A DNA stretch of 64,000 bases. Source: the human T2T-CHM13v2.0 reference genome, Homo sapiens. The DNA is taken from NCBI RefSeq assembly GCF_009914755.1, contig NC_060925.1. One strand, given 5' to 3'. A model generated the notes under the pieces. It ran no database searches, was not told where the DNA came from, and was given only the letters and a program-made list of their open reading frames with translations. The first letter of the stretch is position 1, and each line of letters opens with the position of its first letter. The position numbers and the translations under genes are program-made. Positions 1-15,468 of the stretch are shown piece by piece.

Positions 1-58
1 TGCCCACCTCGGCCTCCCAAAGTGCTGGGATTACAGGTGTGAGCCGCCGTGCCCAGCC
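1..58 (-). mobile_element. Alu (partial, runs off the window)
   Basis: cctcccaaagtgctgggattacagg. Confidence 0.9.
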
Positions 59-237
59 GAAAAATAAATTTCTATTGTTAATAAGCACCCAGTTTATGAT
101 ACTGTGTTATAGCAGCCTGCAGAGACTTCCATATAGAACAGGATTAAGATTCATTATTCTTTATTATTAGAATCTAAAAACTATATGTGACTAAGTGTTT
201 TAATTTGTATTTTTAATGACTTAAAGTGATGAAAAGT

Positions 238-595
238 TGATATGGCTTGGCTATGTCCCCACCCAAATCTCATCTTGAATTGTAGCTCCTATAATTCCCA
301 TGTGTTGTGGGAGGGACCCAGTGGGAGATAACTGAATCAAGGGGGTGGTTTCCCCCATATTGTTCTCGTGGTAGTAAGTCTCACAAGATCTGATGATTTT
401 ATAAGGGGTTTCCCCTTTGGCTTGACTCTCATTCTCTCTTGTCTGCTGCCATGTAAAACGTGCCTTTTGCCTTCTACCATGATTGAGAGGCCTCCCCAGC
501 TACATGGAACTGTGAGTCCATTAAACCTCTTTTTCTTTATAAATTACGCAGTCTCAGATATGTCCTTATTGGCAGCATGAAAATGGACTAATACA
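238..595 (+). mobile_element. THE1-family (MaLR) solo LTR
   Basis: tgatatgg...ctaataca termini, THE1-like body, 5-bp TSD aaagt on both sides. Confidence 0.9.
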
Positions 596-1194
596 AAAGT
601 AAAACTCAAAACATTTAACCAAATTTAGTTTAATTCTCATTTCATCATATGAACTTCTACTAAATATCATTTGGATCTTTTCGTGGATGTCACAGTAACC
701 TGAAATCTCTAGGTTGGGGAAATAATACCATCCAACTGGGTCAGAAGTAGACTCGGAACTGAACTCACACAAACTATTTTACAGTTGTTTCGTCTTATTA
801 GAGTGAGCTACTGTGCACTGCAGTGGAGTCCAATAAGATTTTGCTGCTCATTAAGTAATAACTCATTCTTCACATCTGCTACTGAGAAACACAAATGCCA
901 GATTTGGTAGTCATGAAAGCTGTGTATCTCAAACAGGCAGTTTAGTCATATACCCTATCACCATATGTGGGTTTCTCCTTGAGAACATCTGTGGTCCATG
1001 GTCAACGGGACCTGTTCCAGGAGCCCCTGCTTTGATAGAATTTCCTAGTATGTCATGTTAGAATCAGTGAATCAGAGACTCTTGGAGCTGGAAAGAAATT
1101 ATAAGTTCAAAACTGATATCACAGGAAAAGTATAATCTGATGAGATACCAGTCAAGTCTTTCTTGTATTTGTCCTGTTGAAACAATGAAAAACA

Positions 1195-1473
1195 GGTCAG
1201 GCACGGTGGCTCGTGCCTGTAATCACAGCACTTTGGGAGGCCGATGAGGGCGAATCACCTGAGGTTGGGAGTTCAAGACCAGCCTAGCCAACAAGGTGAA
1301 ACCCCTTCTCTACTAATAATACAAAAAAAGTTAGCTGGGTGTGGTGGCAGGCACCTATAATCCCAGCTACTCAGGAGGCCGAGGCAGGAGAATTGCTTGA
1401 ACCTGTGAGGCAGAGGTTGCAGTGAGCCGAGATTGTGCCACAGTGACACTGTCTCAATTAAAAAAAAAAAAAA
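1195..1473 (+). mobile_element. Alu (S-like)
   Basis: Dimeric Alu with A tail; small deletion in the right arm. Confidence 0.9.
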
Positions 1474-1685
1474 GAAACAATAAAAAAAAACCCAGAAGAA
1501 TCTTTTCCTCTCATCACAAATGTTAGAGTTGCTATATATAATTAAATATAGAATTGTCTCATTTTTCTAGTGCAGGGTAACAAGCTGTATTTGAAATTAA
1601 CCATAAGCTATTGTTTATTCACTTATCCTAGCCCTCCATCTCTTTTGATGGAAATAAGTTTCCTGCTCTTGTTTTGATTTATTTA

Positions 1686-1962
1686 TTTTTTTTTTTTGAG
1701 ACAAGAGTCTTGCTCCGTCGCCCAGGCTGGAGTGCAGTGGTGCAATCTCGGCTCACTGCAACCTCTGATTCTCCTGCCTCAGCCTCCTGAGTAGCTGGGA
1801 CTACAGGTGCCAACCACCACGCCCAGCTAATTTTTTGTATTTTTAGTAGAGATGGGGTTTCACCATATTGGCCAGGCTGGTCTCAAACTCCTGACCTTGT
1901 GACCCACCCTCCTCAGCCTCCCAAAGTGTTGGGATTACAGGCGTGAGCCAACGTGCCTGGCC
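1686..1962 (-). mobile_element. Alu (S-like)
   Basis: Antisense Alu; TSD agtttcctg.tctt. Confidence 0.9.
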
Positions 1963-4900
1963 AGTTTCCTGTTCTTTTTAATAAAAATACAGCAACCAGG
2001 ATCTGGATATCTACAATGTTTTGCCAACAACTAAAACAAACAACACCCCAAATCTGTACTGACTCTGCAGACAAAAGAGGTCAAACAATTACTTCAGAGT
2101 CTCAAAATTAATTTATAGGCCTAGTGAGAAAACTAGACTAGTCTAGTAGACTAGACTCCAGCTTGGATATTTTACTGTTCTCAGGTTCCAGTGAGATAAA
2201 ATGCTTCAGCATATATTTTTAGTCATGGGTTATTTTTATTTTATTAGCATTGCCTTTAAATCACTTTTTTCTTAAAAAAAAAAAAAAACCCTTCCAGCAT
2301 TTCCAAATTTATGATTCCCCACTTGAATTATGCAATTCCATTATGAAGCAATGGTCTATAGTTTACCCTTTATCCAACTTTTATCATTTTTTATTTAGAA
2401 TCATTCCCAGAAATACAAATTAGCTGATTACTGAACAAGTTCTAATTACTCCCCAGAGACCATGGGAGCTTAGGGTTTCAGTACAGCATTGTTCACTGTT
2501 TGGCTGTGAAACAGACTTCCTCCTCTGGTGACTGATCTGTTATTGATTTAAGAACTGACCTAAAGGGCTATTTGTTCTGGGCGCTTTGAAGAGCGTTTGC
2601 TTCCCCTGACTTTCAGAACTATTCTGTTGGACATCCTGAAGCCTTAGGCCATAATCTTTACTATGTAGTTTGTGCAGCCTGGAATAATGGAATAGTGGCT
2701 AATTAACCTGTTCTCACCCCCAAAATAGGGCCTGTGATTTAAAACACCTCTAAAAAATCACACTGATGCTTCAGTCTGGAACCCTGAGGCAGGTCAATTC
2801 TGTTCCCAGTCCAGATCATCCTTCCTTCTTAGCCTCAGACTTGGGGCCATGGCTGGATTCTAGATTACAAACTCTTCTGAGCACAAATTGCCATCTCCAT
2901 TTCCCATGGTGCCTAGCTCTAGTCTCAGCTCACAGCAGTTACTCAATACAAAATAAAAACAAATTTGTAAATAATTTTTTGAATTATCTACAAATAGTTA
3001 AAATTACATGTAAACTTATAATTACAATTATTTACAAATTGATTTATAAATAATTTTTATTTGTAAATAAAAAGCTTATAACAAAATTATGGCTAAATAA
3101 CTTCAAAGAATAGCTTTGACAAGTAGGTTTTATGATCCCAGAGCAATGACATCAGAAAGTCTTGCACCATATTAATAGTTTCAGGCTATCTTAAGAAATA
3201 AAAAGTAATTCAATGAATAGCATTTTGTTTAAGAATTAAGTGAGCATGTTGATGGAATGGCAGCAGAAAAAGACTCGAGTTCCTAAGGCTTCATTATGAT
3301 TCCTAACCCTTTGCAATCTGAAGAGAGCGCTATACAGTTTTAAACTTGCCACGGCACTCAGAATAGGGGAGGCCTAAGTCCCCCTTCTTTGATAACAAAG
3401 AGGGCAGAACACACCTGATAGTGGGTTGGGAGCAAGTCAGGGTAATAAAGGTGAGCCAAGAAGCAGTTCAAGGGGCTTGTGAATGCCATTCACCTCTCAG
3501 TGGGATCCAGGAGGGATCAGAGGGTGTTAGCTGAGGACGAGATATTTAACCGAGAGAGATGGAGATCTGCAGGGAGCTGGGACTGGGTGCTGCTAATTTC
3601 CATCTGGTAGAACTAGCGTGTTCCAGTTCCTTACTATTCAGTTATTAATCAAAGACCTCTCCAAGCACCTGACACACTGCTAAGCTCCACAGGGATAATA
3701 AAGCCAGAAAGCTTGGTTTTTGACTCTTAAAGTACTCACAATCTAATTTGGGGAGGGAGAAAATTCAGCAGAAGTTAAATGACTAGAGAACAATTAAATG
3801 CTAAGCTCTAAGTTCAAGAGGAGTTCACAGGAGGGCAAGATCTGGATGGAGTAAAGGTGCAAGACAAAAAGCCTCAGAAGAAGCCTCAAGAAAATGAGGA
3901 ACCAAACTGGGGAACTAAGGTTGTTTGTAAATCAGGTGCATGTGGATAAGCCCTTCTTGAGAGGGGCAGGTTTGGACGGATGTCCTTGAATGGTGGTCCA
4001 GCAGGACAGAGCTGAAATTCATTAGTAAATCCTGACACACTGTTTTTGGAAGCGATGGAGTCTGTGATGAAAATATAAGAGGGCTGGAAAACAAAGAAGA
4101 CAGAAGCAAATAATCCTTGGTTGTTTCCATGCCTGAAGAGGCTCACTGTGGCATGAAAATCAACATGAAAACAGTCAGAATACCATAGCATCCAAACTGG
4201 GCATTGTGTAGACATTCCGTGGTCTAAGTTTTAAAACATTTATTAACTCCTTATTAGCCTCTTGATTTCTGGAAGAGAATATTTAACTTAATGACAAAAG
4301 AGGAGAAAGATCCAGCAACCTACCATGGGGGCTTCTTATGCATGAATGTTCACACAAGACTATGAAGTAGATATCATGGTCCCTGTTCTACAGATGAGGA
4401 AAAGGAAGTTTATGGAGAATAAACAGCTCACCTAAATTTGTCCAAATGGTAGAGTGGCAGACCTAGATTTTAAACCCTGGTATGCATGTTGCCCAAGCCC
4501 ATTTTCTCTATCCATGTAGACAGCACCTGATACCCTTCGAGAGAAGAGTCTATGATGTCTCATTTGTTGTGTGGTCAGAGAGCTGAACCTGGAGCTGGGA
4601 GTGACAAGAACTGTTTTTTTTTTATTCATGCTTTCCTATTAGTTCTAAGACTTTGGACAAGGCACTCCCTTCTTTTGGTTCTATTATCTAAACTTTAAAA
4701 ATAGGGTATATAATTAAATTGTTGGTAAGGTATCATCTGTGTAAGTTTGTAATTCTAAGTGTACAAATGCCTTCTCCATCAGAGAATGACCATTGAATAA
4801 TATGACTGCTCTAATAAAAAGAGGAAAGGGAATATGCAGACACATGCTGATTTTTATATTTAGAAACCCACCAAGATATAAATATAAATTTAGAAATCTG

Positions 4901-5284
4901 CCAAGATCTAAATCTGATAAATATGAACTGTTCTGCCACAACAGCAATGGCAGCTCCAGGACTTTAAAGAAGAAGGTTCAGTGACAGCAGGTTTATCTCA
5001 CAACTGTTTGCAATAAGCCCACTGCCTTCATTTATATGGCATGCATTTAGTCCCCAAGAACATCTATTAGGCCTCCAAGCCACCCCTCAGCACTGCTACT
5101 GCCCACTCAAATCCTCAGAAAAAGGCTTGAAGGCTGCACACAAATACAATCCAGTCAGGGAACCTACAAAAATGAAACCACCAGAGGTAAGAGACCACAG
5201 AGAGGATAGCCTAGACAGGTAGTCACTATTTAGGGCTGCTTAACATCCATCCTGCAGTCACCAGCCCTTGCAATTTTGCAAAAG

Positions 5285-5286
<2 letters not shown>

Positions 5287-5336
<50 letters not shown>
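5287..5336. repeat. (TG)n microsatellite, about 24 units
   Basis: Uninterrupted dinucleotide run. Confidence 0.97.
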
Positions 5337-5338
<2 letters not shown>

Positions 5339-6593
5339 TGTGGTGTGAAATACCTTGACCAAATATGTGGTCCCAATACTGACCAACTATGTGAATCAGA
5401 CAAGATGTGTGTGTCTGCTATCGCCCAAGGATCATCAGTTTGCTGCAGAACTGGCTGATAAAAAAGACAAGGCAGGAGGCCCTGATGAGTGCTGGTCTTA
5501 GAAATAAAAAGGGGATAATTGAAGCAGACAAAAGGCATTGAGAAAGACCTTGTCCAATTCACATCTGAATAAAGTCCATCAGTAATCCCTAAGTTCCTAC
5601 ACATCTAACTCCTGCAATGCTTAACTGTTTTTAACACCTATCTGCTTCCTACAGTCAACTGCAGGAAAAGCCTTAAAACAAAGAGTCACTGTGCTAGGAA
5701 AAAAAAATGGCAAAACTGGTGAAAATTAAAGTTCATTTCCCAGTAGACCTAAGGGAGACCTAGGAGAAGAATTCCTGCGGTATAATCTGATCGGGGCAGT
5801 TGGAAAGGAGTGCAGGTAAACAGGCCAACCTCTAGGGTCTTTGTGACAAAAACAGGTGGGAGAGAATGTCAAGGATAAGATGAAACAGGGGCTTCAACAT
5901 GATCCCAATGGAGGGGAGAGGTGTAGATGAGAGGAAGAAAGAGAAAGAACAGTTAAAGCATGGAAAGAGACAGAAGAGAGAGGAGGGCCACGAGCATGTA
6001 TCAGGGAGGGCCATAGAAGGGCAACCACCTTCTCGAAGGCCCCTTGGGATGTGTATGGGTGACAGGTGCTCCCTAAGGAAACCCTGGGGAACCCCAGAAT
6101 GACTCTAATAGCCACATCGACATCATAATTCAAGCACATATATATATTTTTGAGATCTACAATATCTAAAATCCAATGAGGCACTGGAGCTCCAAGGATC
6201 ATATGTCCTGGCAGGAGGTGAGCAGAAGTAAGTGGTTTTGAATGGCAGGGAATCACTTTCCCAGCAGAGGGAGTGGCTTGGTTAAAAGCAAGTGCATCTG
6301 CCAACTGTGATCCTTCTCTTGGAGCTTCTCATTACTCCTATTTGATAGGAAGGAGAAGCTAAGTCAGAGAAGCTAACTGATTAGCTTTGAGTCACCACAC
6401 CTAACTACTGACAAAGATGAGAGTAAAGCCAAAACCTCCTGATTTGTAGGATGGTATTTTTTCTTGTGTATCACAACTGAGGTAAAATGGATGCAAACCA
6501 GAAAAAAAAGTAGATTGGAAATTATAGGAAATCAAATGGGAAGCAAATATTCAGGATGAATTCTCAATGAAACCTATAAAGAAAATATGAGGT

Positions 6594-6877
6594 GGCCAGG
6601 CGCGGTGGTTCAGGTCTGTAATCCCAGCACTTTGGGAGGCTGAGGAGGGCACATCACTTGAGGTCAGGAGTTTCAGACCAGCCTGGCCAACATGGTGAAA
6701 CCCCGCCTCTACTGAAAATAAAAAAATTAGCTGGGTGTGGTGGCACACTCCTGTAATCCCTGCTACTCGGGAGGTTGAGGCAGGAGAATAGCTTGAACCC
6801 AGGAGGCAGATGTTGCAGTAAGCCGAGCTCATGTCAATGCACTCCAGCCTGGGTGACAGAGCAAGATTCTGTCTCAA
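6594..6877 (+). mobile_element. Alu (S-like)
   Basis: Dimeric Alu consensus. Confidence 0.9.
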
Positions 6878-8016
6878 TTAGTAGAAAAAAAGACAAAAGA
6901 AAAAAGAAAAAAGGGACGGAAGGAAGGAAGGAAGGGTAAATATGGGGAATTCTTTTATGACCTTAAGAATGAAAGTTTGCCTTATATAAGCTGCACCTGG
7001 TTTCCACAGAGAGCAGGAAATTCACCCCCTACCTTCTCCCAACCTCCAGCCCCTCCCAATTCTGTTCTTTAATAGAAGTGACCAGTGGGGAATTTTTCTC
7101 TCCCTGTGTGACTTCACAGAGATGAATCATGGCTCCTTGAAAAACTGCAACAGGCAAATTGGCTTAGGAATAATTAAACAGCAACAGACCAAGTTCCCTG
7201 AATCCAGGCACTGCCTCCACTAACAAGGTTTATCTACAAAATACTGTACTGTGTAAGTAAATCTTGTGAAAAATAACATCTGGAACTTTAAGATGTAGAC
7301 ACAACTGATTTAAGCATGTGACACCTGTCTTTAGAGAAAAGTGATTAGCCCACAAAAGCAAACCTGTTTTCACAAACTGTCAGCCATAAACATATTTTAA
7401 AAATTGCTTGTGTCAAAGATTTGTATAAGTGGCTTAAATGTGAATTCAGGAAGACCAAGAATGCAAAATGGTATTTTGCTAACAAATGGAATTTGCTGCC
7501 CTTTGCAATTCTACAGCTGATTCCACTGCAGGATTTCACTTTTTATGGCAGAATATGGAAGTTTTGACATTGCAAACACGTGAAACTTATAAATCTGGTA
7601 TTCACATTTCTTAAAAGAATTATCAGTCACAATATGTTCTTTCTGTAATTTGAAGGTCTTATCAGCAGGGACCTTCTTGCTATTTTTAAGCATGTATAAT
7701 ACCAGTTCAAGCTCTCTAACCTGTTTCTGATTGGATCTTTTACATTCCTCACCCAATAATGCTAACACAGCTTTTGCAGTAAGCCATAATAGTATTTGAA
7801 ATTTGTAAGGTGTTTACTCATTCCACTTATCCTCATTCTTGATTGTAAGGTCCTTTTGAAGAACATTTTAATAATTATTTGCCCATGTATCTTAGGGAAA
7901 ATCAGTTAACCCTTTTGACTATGTGGAAAAGGCACCACTGAAGTTGAGAAGCCGCTTGGCTTATATCTGCTGTAAAATGCTGTCCTGGTATGAGTGGAAT
8001 TTCAAATTGCATGCTA

Positions 8017-8217
<201 letters not shown>

Positions 8218-8275
8218 CTACAGCTGATTTAACTTCATGTATGTTTTACACTAGAAAAAGAAATCCATGATACAT

Positions 8276-8567
8276 GGCCGGGTGTGGTGGCTCATGCCTA
8301 TAATCCTAGCATTTTTTGAGACCGAGGCGGGTGGATCACCTGAGGTCAGGAGTTCAAGACCAGCCTGGCCAACATGGTAAAACCCCATCTCTACTAAAAA
8401 TACAAAAGTTAGCTGGGTGTGGTGTCATGCGTCTATAATCCCGCTACTCAGGAGGCTGAGGCAGGAGAATCGCTTGAACTCGGGAGGCGGAGGTTGCAGT
8501 GAGCCGAGATCATATCACTGCACTCCAGCCTGGGCAACAGAGTGAGACTGAGTCTCAAAAAAAAAAG
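8276..8567 (+). mobile_element. Alu (S-like)
   Basis: Dimeric Alu with A tail. Confidence 0.9.
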
Positions 8568-8750
8568 ATAAAAAATTATACAAGGAGAAAAATAAGTCAT
8601 CAAATTGCAAAGTATCAAAGAGTAAGCGCTAACTGAAAAAGATACATCTACTCAATGACTTCTGGGCAGGGTAAACAAGGAATTAGAAAGACCATGAAGG
8701 AGAGGGCCTTTGATCTCCAGAGGCTGTTAGAAAACACTATCTGTGTTTTA

Positions 8751-9102
<352 letters not shown>

Positions 9103-9157
9103 CCCCACAAAACTCTAAGTGGTTCTACAACACCAAGAAATTAAAGTAAAGCAACTA

Positions 9158-9302
9158 TTGATGAAAATGTTTTGGAACTCGATGCTGTAAAGGTGTGTGG
9201 TGGTTGCACAGCATAGTGAATGTACTAAAATGCCACTGAATTGTACACTGTAAAATGGCTAATTTTATGTTATGTGAATTTCACTTCAATTAAAGAAATA
9301 AA
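9158..9302 (+). mobile_element. L1MB-type 3' end fragment
   Basis: gatgaaaatgttttggaact...gtgaatgtactaaaatgccactgaattgtacact...tatgtgaatttcac. Confidence 0.7.
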
Positions 9303-11476
9303 GCAAGTGTACTCTGGTTAAGGTGAATGAGAAACTTTCGCCATTTTCTTATGGTGCTTTGATAAAGAGAATATTTAACACTTTAGAAACATGTTATCAA
9401 AAAAATCCTTAGACGAATTCAGCGATTAATTCAGAGGGAGCAAAAGTTAACCAAGGAGCAGTTATGCAATGTTTTTTTCCTATTCTACTTTTTCCAGCCC
9501 ACCTAAAGGCTGTAAATGGTCATCATCAGGTTTTAATAGCTTCTCTGACTTCTCCTTTCCTAATCTCTCTCCTACCCAGATTTACTCTTTCAAAATTTAT
9601 TGAACTCCTACATGCCCCACGCTCTAGAATAGGTGCTAGCACTGCCAAGATGAGTAATACACCTCACCGTTCCTCAAGGAGTTCACAGTCTGTATTCAAA
9701 TTTTTAAAACTTCCCATGACGCTTCCCTACTGACTCTAGTTACACAAACTCTAAAACTTTAATGATCCCACTTAACTTGGAGAGCAGCACCCTTCTGAGG
9801 CTCTCCATTACATATTCAATTATCGGTGCTGTCTGTGCCCCCTTCTTTTATTTTTTCCTCAGGTCAAAGAGCGATTTTAAAGATTCTAAACAGAAACATC
9901 ACTTTCTTGATTTTCAAGTGCTATACAAATAGAGCTCCTGCTTCACATGATCCTTTAAAATAAGCACTGAAAGTCTGTGAAGCTGGGACTGGTTCTAGGA
10001 ATTATTCATGCATCTAAGGTCATTTCAAAGGCTTCCCTTCTCTTCACCCCACCCTCTGTTCTCACCTCGTCACCAGCATCTCCCATTACCCTCATCTATA
10101 AGGCCAGGTCTCTGGAGCTCACTGCCTGTGACCACATCAGTCCCTTCTTCAAAAACAGTTTTGTTTACCTCATGTTTTCCTTTTTCTTATCCTCTCACAA
10201 CTGAATTCCTTTTCATTCAACTTTCATTTTTGTTTTAACTGTGACCTCACAGCTATCCTTGGGAAAACACATTGGCTTTCACCTTGAAAGGAAGAGTCCC
10301 CACCAGCCTCAGATCCAAAATGAGCCTGTGATGGGCTGGAACAGTGACAACTCAAGAGTGATGCAGGCAAAGCAAAACAAGAGAGCAAAAATCACAGGCA
10401 AAGCCACGCTGGCTTCTGCAGACAGGAAAAATGTAATGTTTGCCAAGTGGAAAAAGCATCGACTTAGAAAGAAAAATCATTTTCAAGCTGCTGAGAGTCC
10501 CCCAAAATGGAGACGAATCAAAACAACTCAAAGCAATCTAACTGCTAATATGCAGCCTAATTTTGACACAGATGTTGTTCGGAACTCACTCAATGTGAAA
10601 CAGAAGCTATAACATTTAAACTAAATACCTCATTTATGGATGGAAGCAGCTACAGGTTGTCACTCAGCCAATGTGTCAGTGGCACAGCTGGTAATTTCAC
10701 CATGCAACTGGGAAAAGCAGTTTGTCAGTCACAAGAAACCAGATATTTGGGGGGATTTTCACATCAAACCACTTCTCGCAGTGGACTCTGACCATCATCA
10801 GACTTGCTAAATGCACGTACAGTGCAGGGCCAGTCCTTCTGTATCTTTAAGGAGGCTGCCAAATTTACAGCGCATATATGGAGAGGAAACACACAGTGGG
10901 AAGGGGTAACACTGGCATTATTTTAACACATTATAGAGGACTGGGCAACAGAGGAGCAGGAACTGAGGAAACCTAAACAAATGGCTCCCAATTATGATTT
11001 CATTAATCTTGGAAAACATGAAGCAGTAAGACAAGTGTGGTCTAATTGTTTCTCATCTGACTTGGCTTGGAAAACCTTACTCTCACTTAATTCCATTGAC
11101 AGATAAACATCTTGGGACAGCTGACCTTTTCTTTGTCTAGCCAAGTTTCCTTTGAACATGTTATAAAGTTTTTTGATCACCACCAAATATAATACCAGAT
11201 GAAAGTCATTATACAAAGAGAATCAAATTAACAACAGTTAAGGAGAAAAAGTTCCTGTAAGGGTTCTGGCATGTCAACAATTAACAAGAGTTAATTGCCT
11301 CTTCTTAATATTTCAAACACATGTTAATTAGTAGGCCAATAAAAATTTTATATACTATACAAACAGTGATAATCTTGGTGCCACCTAGTTTGTGGCTCAC
11401 CACAGAAAACACCTAATCAAAAAAAAAATCACAGTATCCTACTTATAGATAATAACCCACCATCCATGTCATCAAC

Positions 11477-11839
<363 letters not shown>

Positions 11840-12475
11840 TAAAATAATGGACTTCTTTCATACAAAGCGTGAGTGAGTGTAGATGTAATAAGTACATCTA
11901 AATTTGTCATGGTGAATTAAACCAGCTTCAGGCAAAGAGGCAGAGTATTAGGTTGAAATGGTCCATTTCCTTTCAATTTGTTAATATGGAGAATCTGAAA
12001 TTTATTTTTTACTTGATTAAAAATTAAATTAGGTTTCATTTTTGTATGCAGAGCTCTTTCCTTGAGTATTTCATTTGGTAATGGCCAGGGTGGAATGAAG
12101 CCAGTAATCAAACACTGCAGACTTTGGAAACCCTCCTGGTTTTTCAGACTCTTAATAAAGCCTGAGAAGAGCACCAGTGTAGGGAGTGGGTGTCTTTGTT
12201 TTTGTGATGACTCACTTAATCCAGTATTCATTCATTTATTTTTAAGTCATTCCTCAAATATGTGGAAGCTTTTCTAGAAAGGACCATGGAAAACGCAAAA
12301 ATACTTGGCCTTTACCCTCAAGAACTTTATAGATCTTTTTCCCCCAACATAAGCAGTCCTCTTACTTTAATAATCAGCAATCTCACAAATTAACTTTTCT
12401 ATTCTTCTCCTTGAAACAAATTCCTCTTTAGGAGTATATTTTCAAGAGAATATGAGATCAGCCTACTCATTCGAT

Positions 12476-12616
12476 CCGGCTAATTTTTTTGTATTTTTAG
12501 TAGAGATGGGATTTCACTGTGTTAGCCAGGATGGTCTCGATCTCCTGACCTCGTGATCCGCCCACCTCAGCCTCCCAAAGTGCTGGGATTATAGGCATGA
12601 GCGACCGCGCCCGGCC
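12476..12616 (-). mobile_element. Alu left-arm fragment (Y-like)
   Basis: gttagccaggatggtctcgatctcctgacctcgtgatcc. Confidence 0.85.
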
Positions 12617-14167
12617 TTTTAAATAGGGTCTCTATTTTCAACTGAATTAATCTGTATTTCAAGTCTACCTGTTGTTTCTTTACTCCATTTTCCCTGAAGC
12701 CAAAGTATAAGCTTCCTGAAGAGCTGTTTTATTCATCCCTTTTAGTACCTGCTGCATTAAAGATATTTTTTAAAATACTGGATAACTTTTCAATTGAGCA
12801 AGTTAGCTAATATTAGCAGAATCTAATACATGTCTAAAGAAAATTGGAGTTACATAACATCTTGGTTACTTAGGTCTCTCTGGCATGGGCAATTTCGTGG
12901 ATGTTCTTAAAGTGAACATGAAGACTTGAACAACTTGGTTTGCATGACTTTTGTGGGATTTTTCTGGGTCAAGTGAATAGCGAGCCATTTTCACAGATCA
13001 CCTCAGTCCACTCAGGGGTAGAGCTGTGTTTACTTTTATACCTCGAGTGCACAGTATAAATCCTATCACAGAATAGGGTCCTAGTCAAGTTTCATCATGA
13101 GATTTTAGGAATTCAGTCACATCTTCAGGCTCTACTTCTAATTCTAGCTCTGTTGCTACTTCCATCACCTCTGCAATTACTTCTTCCACTTGAGTCTTGA
13201 ACCTCTCAAAGTCATGCAGGAGGGCTGGAATATACTTCTCCCAAACTCCTGTTTATGGACATCTTCCCATAAATCAAGAATGTTCTTAATGGCATCTAGA
13301 ATGGTGAATCTTTTCCAGAAGGTTTTCAATTGACTTTGTCCAGATCCATCAGAGGAATCACTATCTATGGCAGCTACAGCCTTACAAATGTTTTCTTAAA
13401 TAATAAAACTTGCAAGTCAAAATTATGCCTTGATTTATGGGCTGCAGAATAGATGCTGTGTTAGCAGGCATAAAGATATTAATCTCCTTGTATATCTCCA
13501 TCAGAGCTCTTGGGTAATTAGGTGCATTGTCAATGAGCAGTATATTTTGTATTTTTTTAAATAAAAACATCCAGCCCAATATATCAAGAGCAGTAATATT
13601 TTGAAAGGAAGCTTTGTCTCTTGAGTAGTAGGTCTCAACAGTGGGTTTAAAATATTCAGCAAACCATCCTGTAAACAGATGTGCTGTCATCTAGGCTTTG
13701 TTGTTCCACTTACAGAGCACAGGCAGAATAGATTTAGCATAATTCTTAAGGGCCTGAGGATTTTCAGAATGGTAAATGAGCACTGGCTTCAACTTAAAGT
13801 CAACAGCTACACAGAATCAGCCTGTCCCTTGAAGCTTTGAAGCCAGCTATTGACTTCTCTTTAGCCACGAGAGTCCTGAATGACATCGTCGAATATAAGG
13901 CAGTTTTGTTTATATGGAAAACATGTTGATTAGTGTAGCCACCTTAATCAATTATCTTAACTAGATTTTCTGGATAAATTGCTGCAGCTTCTACATCAGT
14001 ACCTGCTGCTTCACCTTGCACTTTTATGCTATGGAGATGGCTTCTCTCCTTAAGTCTCAACCAACCTTTGCTACCTTCAAACTTTTCTTCTGCAGCTTCC
14101 TGACCTCTCTCAGTCTTTACAGAATTAAAGAGAATTAGGACCTTGTCCTGAATTAGGTTTGGCTTAA

Positions 14168-14571
<404 letters not shown>

Positions 14572-14801
14572 TGGAGTAGCACTTTTAATTTCCTTCAAGA
14601 ACTTTTCCTTTGCATTCACAACTTGACTAACTGCCTATTGCAAATGCCTTCCTCACTAAGCTTAATCATTTCTAGCTTGTGATTTAAAATGTGAAACATA
14701 AGAAATACTACCTTTCACTTGAACACTGAGAGGCCACTGCAGGGTTATTAATTGGCCTAATTTCAATATTGTTGTGTCTCATAGACAGGGAAGCCCAAGG
14801 A

Positions 14802-14802
<1 letters not shown>

Positions 14803-14850
<48 letters not shown>

Positions 14851-14854
14851 TGTG
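14803..14854. repeat. (TG)n microsatellite inside Tigger1
   Basis: Dinucleotide run with one interruption. Confidence 0.95.
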
Positions 14855-14986
14855 AGACAGAGAGAGGACAGCAGGCTGTTGGAGCAGTCAGAACACATAC
14901 ATTTATTAAGTTCACTGTCTTATGTAAGCACGATTCACACTGTCCCCAAACAATTACAACAATAACATCAAAGATTACTGGTCACA

Positions 14987-15181
14987 GGCCAGGCGCAGTG
15001 GCTCATGCCTGTAATCCCAGCACTTTGGGAGGCCGAGGCGGGCAGATTACTTGAGGTCAGGAGTTCAAGACCAGCCTGGAAAACATGGTGAAACCCCATC
15101 TCTCTTAAAAATACAAATATTAGCAAGGCTTGGTGGCATGCACTTGTAGTCCCAGCTACTCAGGAGGCTGAGGCAGGAGAA
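14987..15181 (+). mobile_element. Alu (3'-truncated)
   Basis: Left arm plus part of the right arm. Confidence 0.88.
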
Positions 15182-15221
15182 AGAGTGCTTTGTGATAAAA
15201 GTCACAAAAATCCAAGGATGA

Positions 15222-15352
15222 TATCTTAGTCTATTTCAGGTGCTATAATGAGATACGATAAACTGGGTGGCTTATAAAGAACTGATATTTATTTCTTACA
15301 GTTCTGGAGCCTGGGAAGTCCAAGATCAAGGCACCAGCCAGTTCAGGGTCTT
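15222..15352 (-). mobile_element. MST/MLT1A-type LTR fragment
   Basis: tcttagtc...ttatttcttacagttctggag...gggaagtccaagatcaaggcacc. Confidence 0.6.
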
Positions 15353-15468
15353 GCATACTACCTGGCACACTAATAAATGGTAGCTGTTTAAGAAAACAGT
15401 ATGTCCTGTTACTAACGAAAGATCTACAGGGAGTTACTTTCTCTCTCCTTAGTGATGGTCTTACTTAC

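Noticed and set aside
10241-10612. 123-aa Lys-rich plus-strand ORF in non-repeat sequence
   Set aside because: Non-ATG start, no recognisable family, no poly-A/TSD or splice support; length is within chance expectation.
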